Of a DNA stretch of 64,000 nt, positions 56,090 to 64,000 are shown piece after piece. The notes below the pieces were generated by a model. The model saw only the letters and a program-made list of their open reading frames with translations. It was not told the origin of the DNA and did no database searches. The stretch spans positions 124,001-188,000 of the forward strand of contig CBFFSA010000018.1 in the NCBI GenBank assembly GCA_965644495.1, read 5' to 3'. The translations under genes were made by a program, and so were the position numbers. Source of the DNA: Perkinsela sp. CCAP 1560/9. Its lineage: Eukaryota > Protista > Euglenozoa: Kinetoplastea. Position 1 is the first letter of the stretch. Every line of letters starts with the position of its first letter.

Positions 56090-57801
56090 CTCCCCCTCTC
56101 ATTAATAAATTTCTAGGCTCTTCGTTAAACGCGGTGGTTGTTTTCAACTTAGAAGTCACTCATGCTGCGCGCTTCGCGTTGAAAACTACCTCCGCGCTCA
56201 ATGAAGAGCTTAAAAAAGAAAATTTAAAAAAGCGCTAAATAGTGAAAAAAATGTATGAACAAAAAAATTCGAATCACAAAAATAAGAACATGCGATTTTC
56301 ATCTCATTTTAGAGGATCATTTTTTAGAGGATCTTAGAGGTCACTCATGCTGCGCGCTTCGCGTTCAAAACTAGCACCGCGTTTAACGAAGAGCCTAAAA
56401 AAGAAAATTCAGCCTGGACAGCTAAAGTAAGACAAAGATTATAGCCAAAAATACCCGATTTTATGGTAAAAATGGGGTATTTTTTGGGTATTTTTGCTCT
56501 CAGAGCGCTAAATCTGATATTTGCGCGTGAGAAATCACTCGTAGGCGTGAATGAAAGCCTACTGAACGTATTGGGTATAGAATGCGACTCCAACCACACC
56601 ATTCTTGACATAAAAAGACCTCTTTAGGTCCGAAAATTACTTTTCCGCACTTTTTGGTCAAAAATGGGCCATTTTGGGAGGCGTGCCACGGCTAGAAGAT
56701 GGGGTATCTGGCGAAAACAACGGTGTAGATGGCTAGTATAGGTCCCAAACTCTCAAAATACAATAGCGAAAAAAATAATTTTTTAACCATTTTTTCCGCC
56801 AAGTTGAATTTTTTTTCAATTTTTTTTTCCCGAAAATATCCGAACTTGGCGGACCCGTCCTGCGGATACGCGGGGGGGTCACCCCCAGGTAGGGGGGTGG
56901 AAAATGCGCGCCAAGACCCCGGCTACCCCTTCTGCGGTTTTTTTTCGAAAAATATTTTTTTCTAAAAAATTTGCTCGACCATCTTTTTTTCCATTTCTGA
57001 CAAAAACTACTACTCTTTTCACTTTTTTTTACGCGTCAGCGTATCCATACCACTTGCTCCACCTAACATCACGTGACCCCTCTAAGCCTCTACACCTCCA
57101 TCGGTTCTGTCCTGCCCCGCGAAATTCCTCCAGGCCCATCGACCGATCTGTCTACCGCGCGCCTTTCTGGACATGAAACACTGATAAACACCATATAGTT
57201 TTTATAGTACTATATAGTGTTTATAGTACTATAAACGAGGTTTATAGTACTATAAATTTTCTTGAAACACTATAAACTATCTATAAATAGTTTTAGGGAC
57301 CTCTGAAAATTTGCTCGACCATGACCCCCCCACTGGACCCACCATTTTTTTCAATTTTTTCAATTTTGGACCACCGGAGACCCCTTTTATATTTTTTTTT
57401 CTATTATATTACTGTGTTCCTCTTTATATTTTCACTGTTTTTGTTCACTTTTTTTTCAATAATCGAGGGTAGGGCGGTAGTTTTACAACAACCGTAATAA
57501 TTATAGTCTATAAACCTTTTTAGTTAATAATTGTAATTATAGTTTATAATTATTAATGAGATTCGATAAGTGATTTTTTCTTATTGTGGACTTCAAATTC
57601 TTGATTTTCGAGACACTTCGTTCAACTTGGAAGCAATTTTTAGTGCAAAGTATGTGGTACAGGTGTCTTTGTAGATAAAAAATGAAGAATTTGAGGCTTG
57701 TAATTATAAAAGTGAGACTCATAATTATAATCGCATTAAATTTCTATAAACGATCCCTTTAATGATTTTTGGAGGTTTATAATTATTAATGAGAGGGGGA
57801 G
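56090..57801. mobile_element. Second copy of the 323-bp MITE, split by family A
   Basis: TA|CTCCCCCTCTCATTAATAA (56090-56108) resumes at ~57499 and ends GAGAGGGGGAG|TA. Confidence 0.85.
56114..57498 (-). mobile_element. Family A copy (reverse) with a duplicated hairpin end and a 323-bp left-end fragment of the 5-kb transposon (56983-57305)
   Basis: Hairpins at 56114-56212 and 56340-56397 (partial). The body is colinear with 44162-45107, and 56983-57305 is the reverse complement of 12988-13315. Confidence 0.87.
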
Positions 57802-58795
57802 TACACTCGTTGACGGGTCAACGAATTGGCAGCCACTTCGTTGACAGTCGGATTTACTGTCAACGAAGTGGCAGCCAATTGGTTGACCCGTCAACGAAGT
57901 AGAGACATAGCCCGATCAAACGTCCTCAGCGTCCTTCACTCTCGGGACCGACCGCACAGCATTTAGGTCGTCACGGATTCCGTGCGGGGGTGAATTCATT
58001 TCGACTAAGGTGCTACAGTTGTGTCGAAGGTCACCGTAAATCTGAATGCCCAGCAATGTTGAAGCAGCAGTTAATATTGAGCAAGCCGAATTCAGAGCCG
58101 TTTTATTCCTTAAATAAGAGGGGAGGCAACTGGCTATTCTGCCATATTCTGCCGATCGCTGGTCTTATTCGGCCTTTCCGCCGCGAAGCGGCGAAATTTC
58201 TTTCGGTGGGCATATTGTTTTGCATAAAAATCTTTCTCCTTCTCCTGTTTTTTATTGCTTTTGTATTGTTGCCTTCACCTTCCACTCTTGGATTTACGTT
58301 CTTGCATCCTCATAAATAGTTTTTTCACCAATGTCCATTTTTCCCATTACGAGTGATGCGGAGTGCCTCGCATTTACGGGTTTTACATGCTCTCTGGTAG
58401 CATAGTTTATGTTCCAGATTATATGTTCCAGATGCTTATGGTGTCATTGCAGCATTCATTGCAGTCCATATGAATTTCACTGATGAGCAAATATGTTTGT
58501 TCATGCTTGTGTTGCGCGAAGCGGGTGTCGCCAAGTTGATACTCGACCTCATCGCCTTTCGTGGTGGGTGGCTTGGTGCCGAGCACGTGCGGGATGGATT
58601 CATTAGCGAAACGGGGACGAAACTTCGTGCCATTGTTGGGGCCCAACACGGATTCAATTCTACTGATCCCGATGGAGATGTAAGTCCTTCGCCGGCCGTG
58701 TTTGGGCATAACTTGCTGGGCATAGCGTCCGAGTTAATCGGCGTATCCCTATACAGAATATCAAATCGGAAGAAAGCAACCGAGGAAGCATAACT

Positions 58796-58987
58796 GAGGG
58801 GCTGCGAGTATGATCTCGCGTGATCTCGCATGGTCTCGTGTAATCTCGCTTTGAGGTCGTCCGACCACCGTCCCGAGCCAAATCCACTCTAGAGAGATCT
58901 CGCGTGATCTCACGTGATCTCGTGTGATCCCGCATGATCTCACGTGATCTCGCGTGATCTCATATTGGGCCTCACCCGCAGCCCCTC
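58796..58987. mobile_element. Small element with GAGGGGCTGCG termini and internal 10-bp GTGATCTCGC repeats
   Basis: GAGGGGCTGCG ... CGCAGCCCCTC; related termini at 60970-61090, 45167-45199 and 61447. Confidence 0.72.
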
Positions 58988-60364
58988 AATTGTAAACCCA
59001 ATAGAGGCCACAGTTTCGCCCTCCGATCCTCTTCATTTAACCCGCCCTCCCATGCCAGTGAGTGTCAAAGTGCCCGTGCAGTCCCCAATAGTCCTCCACA
59101 CTGCAAGCAATGCTCCTTCTCCACGTACGAAGAAAAGTGGACGTCCAGCCGGCTCACAGGCTCCCCCACGTACGGTTCAAACAACAGATTTGAACGAAAT
59201 CTGAGTTTGAGTTGAGTACAATGCCGGAAAGTGTATGTATCGAAAGTAAGATAAGAAAGTCTCGAAGAAAAGTTTGCCCTTGTGTAAGATTGTAGATACA
59301 CTGCATGTATTCAAAGTTGTTATTATCAAAAGGTTTTTGATTTCAAGTACGTAATATTCTGTCAATGCTACACGTTTGTAAGGCGAAACAAACGGATTTA
59401 AAATTCTACAAAAAACGATTTTTGTAAGTATTAGAAGAAAACAATTAATGATAGTGAATTTTTTACGTAAAAAATTTACCAAATGAGTCATCTTGCAGCT
59501 TTAGCACCACCACCAATCCTGTCCATACGCCACACGTTACGAATACAACACATAAGGGGGAAAAACATAGGCCCCGTGAAGCGGCTCCGAAATTTGTTTG
59601 CGGTTCACTTTCGAATTCTGCCAATCACCACAGACGCGTTGCCCCCACTCTAAGTAGTTGCTCGTCTCCGTCAGTAAAAAAATCTAGGTTATCTTTTAGT
59701 TTACAGTGAAGTATTCAAATACGAGTGGATTATATTACGGTTATTTTTAATTACGGTTATTTTTAATTAAGATTATTTTTATCCACGAAAAAAAATACCT
59801 TTTTTCACGTCTATCACCATCGACCTCACTTTCATACGAAACATAAACCTTTATAAAATGATCACAGACGAAACCAGTGGCTTGGGCGCTTAAAAGGTAC
59901 TCAAAAAGTGTGTTCAAAACTTATTAATTTACGAGTGGATTATATTACGGTTGATTTAATTAAGATTAATTTTAGCCCAAAAATAACCTTAAAAGCGTAC
60001 TTAAATAATACCGTACTTAAATATACAATGTAACACTGTACGTGTATTGTTGGTGAAAACAAATGTCGCATCAAAATTCTTTTAATGTATAAGTGCAAGA
60101 GCGATGGGCTTGCAAAACCATTCGGCGGTGATACTTAAAAAAGGTCATTCTCTTCTACTCCCCATCCGATTAACTTTGATAATGATAAAAGATGATGATA
60201 AATCAAATCGACTTACCGTATACCCCCCAGTAAGAGAGATTTGGTCCTTTTTCGGCTGACCCCCAGCAAGAGAGATTTTTCTCGGGAGGCGTATAGGGCG
60301 TAGGGGGTGGGTGTCCGGATGTCGGGAGCCTCGGCTACCCCCCCGGCTACACCCCCCGGCTCCC

Positions 60365-60653
60365 TCCGGCTACACCCCCCGGGTAGGGGGGTGGAAAATA
60401 CGCGCCAAGACCCCGGCTACCCCGTCTGCGGGTTTTTTTCGAAAAATAATTTTTTCAAAAAAAAAATTCGTGCGGTATGCCCCCCCCCTAGACCCCCCAT
60501 TTTTTCAATTTTTTCAATTTTGGACCACCGGAGCCCCCTTTTATATTTTTTTCTTCTATTATTTTACTGTGTTCCTCTTTATATTTTCACTGTTTTTGTT
60601 CACTTTTTTTTCAATAATCGAGTGTAGAGCGGTAGTTATACAACCACCGCAAT
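60365..60653 (-). mobile_element. Family A partial copy (small-hairpin end only)
   Basis: Ends GCGGTAGTTATACAACCACCGCAAT and is fused to a TA|CCGTATACCCCCCAGTAAGAGAG element (60216-60340) that is also seen at 19230-19385. Confidence 0.8.
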
Positions 60654-60969
60654 TTATTTTAAACGATGTGCGCTTAAAAGAGGCGTCTGATTCACTACAT
60701 GATAAAAAATTTGGCGCCGCTTTGCGACGCCGGAATCTGCACCTGGACTCTATGTGCGCTTAAACGGGGAGTCTGACTGGGTGCGCTTAAGGGGAGGGGG
60801 GACACTAAGAACCAAAAACAGCTTTTAGGCGTCCGATTTATAGGCGAAAAAGGTAACTTTTTCCCCCAGATTTGGGTCATTTTCGGTGTTCGAATTGTAA
60901 AATTTGTGACTTCGCTGTTCTAGAGAACGAAATATGTTTCAACGAGGGAAAAAAATTGATTTATCATTT

Positions 60970-61090
60970 GATGGGCTGCGGGTGGCTAGGTTTTACGAGG
61001 TTTCACCGAGATTTCGCGAAGTTTCACGAGGTTTCACCGAGGTTTCGCGAAGTTTCACGAAGTTTCGCGAGGTTTCACCTGCAGCCCCTC
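60970..61090. mobile_element. Small element of the same terminus type with internal 10-11-bp GAGGTTTCAC repeats
   Basis: GATGGGCTGCGGGTG ... CACCTGCAGCCCCTC. Confidence 0.7.
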
Positions 61091-61919
61091 ACTTATCAAA
61101 AAAATAATTTTTTAATGAATCATTAGTTGGGATAAAAGATAAAAAAGTCCATTTATCAAAATTAAACAGATGGGGAGTATACGTTTTTTTGGGAATCACT
61201 TTTGAAATCAATTGCAGTCTTTTGTGCGAATTATAGAAGGCGCTCGGAAGAATACGCTTTATATGGCGCGACTAAAAACAGCTACATCGGGAGGATGGGT
61301 AGAGTGCTCAACTGCTGGTCTACAAATGCTGCGGAACCAATTTGCAGAGCACCCTTCTCTTTTTCCTCGCTGTGTAGGAACTCGTTTATCAAAACTCTTG
61401 TCACAGGAAAAGGAAAACCTGGATTTTCCGCAATGTAAATCTATTGAGGGGCTGCGGATATACATCATCGAACCCGCGGCGAACCCGCGCTTTCTATTTG
61501 GTGTCAAAATGAACCATTTTGGTCCGAAAAAGTACGTTTAACGAGCAAAATGTAACGTAAAACGCAGTGTTTTTGCGCTTTACATGTACTCTAATAGTTA
61601 TTACAAATCACACTTGACGTTTCGCGACTGTTTTTCAGGCACAAAAAAACTTGAGCTCGAGAAGGTCTCCGTCTCAGACGATGCCGAACCCGCACCGATT
61701 TTTTTTGCAATTTGGGTGGGGAATCTGTGCAGTCTGGGTGCTCCGGTCCCAAACCCTCAAAATACGCTTTAGAAGTCGATTTTGGAAAAGTAATATTTTA
61801 ACTTTTTTTTTTGGTAAAAAAAAAAGGATAAGTTACGTACTAGGATAAGTCTAGGGAGGTAACGGTAGGGGTAATGGTAGGGGGAGGGTAACGGGGGGGA
61901 TAATCTCCTCACACGACAA

Positions 61920-63461
61920 TCAACACCGAACGCCAGTACCTAGCCTCACTCCCTCCACGCTCATCATTTCCTCCGCGGTCAGCTGTGGGGACTGAAAGTC
62001 TCTTACACTCAATGACCCACAGTACTCCCACATTTCCTCCATCGAGGTCGAGTTCCACAGATCACGCAGGATAAACCGCTGAGACACAGGAAACGGATGT
62101 CCCTCCGTGCTGAACACATACGGACGGTGATGCAAGACATTATCCTCGTCGAACACAAGATAGAGATACAACAGCGTCTCGCTGAGCACAAACGACTCCA
62201 TGTGATCGCTGTAAGTGTTATTCCGCACATCCGGTAACGCACTCAACCCGCACCTCACACGGGTACGGTTCCGCAGGGTGTGGACAAGATACGTCGCCTG
62301 GGTACGATAGTAGGGGTCCCGTGTGGTACGGTAGAGGTGATAGAGCGACTCGGCTAGCTCCGGACGCAGGGGATACCCCTCCTGGCCCTCTGCAGGCTCC
62401 CCGGCCCATACATCCCACCCCTCTGGAGTGGCCCCAAACCGTTTCCACACCCCTAGAGGGGCTTCAACGGTGTCCCACACACACCGTGGCGACACCCCGG
62501 CAAAGGCTCGGAGTCCGGGGTAAAAAAATCCGAGGGCGTTGGCAACGGGACGGTTAAGAATTCCAGACTCCATCTCCACATCCAGGTACCACCCTCCACG
62601 TCGAAGATACCTCTCGACTGCGGATGTGAGGTTACGGTACATACACAGGAATTCGACCTCCTCAAAAAGCACATAGGCCTTGAAGAGGTACTCGAGGTAA
62701 CTGTCTACGGAAGTACCGACGGTGGCGACCGTCTGGGTCCATTCCCCGGTGGTGATGTTTATGTGATTACCGAGAAGCCCCAGCGGACTGCGGAAGTAAA
62801 ACAACGCCTGGGAGGCCCTCCGCGCGGCCTCAGCGTATCGCATATCCCCCGTGAGCGCACTCAGAACACCAAACTCCAGCAGGAATGTCCCACCCGCCGC
62901 AGTCGCAGTCTCAGAGGTCTCCCGTACATGAACACCATGCCGCAGGTTCACCGAACCAAACGGTATCCCCGTAGGGGTGTCAAACGCGCGCAACAGACGA
63001 TTCGCAAGATCTTTCGCTAACAAAAGCAGTCCTCCCTTGTAGTCATCCACCCCGGGGTCCACAACCACCACCCCCTCCTCATACATCAAGTGTGCGCTCA
63101 GCAGTCCACCCAGGACTCGAATATTCACCTCGAACACCGAGACCTGCCGGTTCTGGTCGAAACGCACATTCTCCGTGACCCATTTCACGTCGTGCCGGAA
63201 CGCCTCGTGTCGCCCCACCACGGCCAGGGAGGGGAGGGCGTCGATGAGCGTCAGCGCACACCCGCAGAGGGTGTCGACCCCGCGGCAGCTGCAGGGCCGG
63301 ATCTCATCGAAGGGGAAGCCGTGGGACTTGTAGCTGTCGTACGCGTGGTTGAAGAGCTCGAGAACCTCGGCGCGGGTGTCGGGGGGGTGAGGCTGGGCGG
63401 GGGAAGAAACGTCGCTGGACAGAAGAAGGGGTAGGAGGAGGAGAATAAGATAGGGCCGCAT
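61920..63461 (-). CDS. EDEM-like alpha-1,2-mannosidase (GH47) with signal peptide
   Basis: FNHAYDSY..FPFDEIRP, LTLIDAL, VSVFEVNIRVLGGLLSAH, AFDTPTGIP, DSYLEYL, YPLRPELAES, MESFVLSETL and STEGHP. Confidence 0.93.
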   Translation of the reverse strand: MRPYLILLLLPLLLSSDVSSPAQPHPPDTRAEVLELFNHAYDSYKSHGFPFDEIRPCSCRGVDTLCGCALTLIDALPSLAVVGRHEAFRHDVKWVTENVRFDQNRQVSVFEVNIRVLGGLLSAHLMYEEGVVVVDPGVDDYKGGLLLLAKDLANRLLRAFDTPTGIPFGSVNLRHGVHVRETSETATAAGGTFLLEFGVLSALTGDMRYAEAARRASQALFYFRSPLGLLGNHINITTGEWTQTVATVGTSVDSYLEYLFKAYVLFEEVEFLCMYRNLTSAVERYLRRGGWYLDVEMESGILNRPVANALGFFYPGLRAFAGVSPRCVWDTVEAPLGVWKRFGATPEGWDVWAGEPAEGQEGYPLRPELAESLYHLYRTTRDPYYRTQATYLVHTLRNRTRVRCGLSALPDVRNNTYSDHMESFVLSETLLYLYLVFDEDNVLHHRPYVFSTEGHPFPVSQRFILRDLWNSTSMEEMWEYCGSLSVRDFQSPQLTAEEMMSVEGVRLGTGVRC

Positions 63462-64000
63462 TTACATGTAGGTAAGAAAGTGGAAGGGGGAAGGGGGGGA
63501 TGTGGGGGTAGGGGGAGAGGATAGGGTAGTCGTGGAGTATTACGGAGAGGTCATGAGGTGGGTAGGGTGGTTCCGTCGTGCATGTGTGAGATAAGGAAAG
63601 CGTAGTCGTGCTATTTGTTTTTGAAATTATACGATGAAAATAGAGTAATTTTGAGAACGGAATGTGCCAAAACACAAAATACTTCTACAAAATACTTGAT
63701 TAAAACGTAGTGCTATAAACGACACCCTTTTAAGGTTTAACTAACGATTCATCAACAATAGAAGTGTATGCACATACTCTACCGTGTACACGTACAAAGC
63801 AGCTACTGTGAAGTTTTTTGTATTTTGAAAACACCAACGTAATGGTTAAATAGAGAGAATTGAAATACAAATACTTACATTTTCAAACATTAGCACTGTA
63901 CCACGCATGAGAAACATAAGTCCTATGTACACCTCTGAGTGCCACAACAGACCATTTTTATTTATGTACACTCTTCTTATCTGCAAGACCACTTCAAAGG

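Larger units (their letters stand above)
55605..57912. mobile_element. Non-autonomous Merlin-type element (GG termini, 8-bp TSD) with ~108-bp self-palindromic TIRs
   Basis: CGATCAAA|GGGTACGTCTCTACTTCGTTGACGGG ... CCCGTCAACGAAGTAGAGACATAGCC|CGATCAAA. Confidence 0.82.

Noticed and set aside
57990-58070. Gag-like zinc knuckle (CYSCVEGHRKSEC) suggesting a retrotransposon
   Set aside because: Spacing is CX2CX3HX4C in a short GTG-started ORF, with no RT, integrase or LTRs recognisable nearby.
63739-63760. Spliced-leader RNA gene (AACTAACG start, also at ~19880)
   Set aside because: No downstream CAGTTTCTGTACT..TTG|GT exon signature.

Overview
Eukaryotic nuclear DNA, most likely from a kinetoplastid-type euglenozoan (inference; the LRR family suggests a Perkinsela/Ichthyobodo-like early-branching lineage). 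All recognisable host genes are intronless and on the minus strand, as in a polycistronic cluster. They are RPA2 (missing from the ORF track because it runs off the window), FHA-parvulin Par45, an HGH1-like ARM protein, mitoribosomal mS29/DAP3, WDR6/Trm734, the PP4 catalytic subunit, an AFG2-like AAA ATPase, an EDEM-like GH47, five paralogous LRR genes and a broken Sel1-repeat gene. The intergenic DNA, roughly half the window, is a nested stack of DNA transposons: Tc1/IS630-type, pogo, Merlin, a hAT remnant and many TA-flanked MITEs. Three things stand out. (i) A 5-kb element with 18-bp CAG..CTG TIRs and an 8-bp TSD encodes a non-hAT DDE transposase with a DxxH motif. (ii) An abundant non-coding family (called family A here) has hairpin-capped, asymmetric ends, a GCGAAGC mini-hairpin and no fixed TSD, and looks like a rolling-circle/HUH (Helentron-like) non-autonomous element. 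(iii) A 67-bp palindromic satellite with 134-bp higher-order structure sits between direct repeats, downstream of a decayed tRNA-like sequence. All calls were made by eye with no database search.
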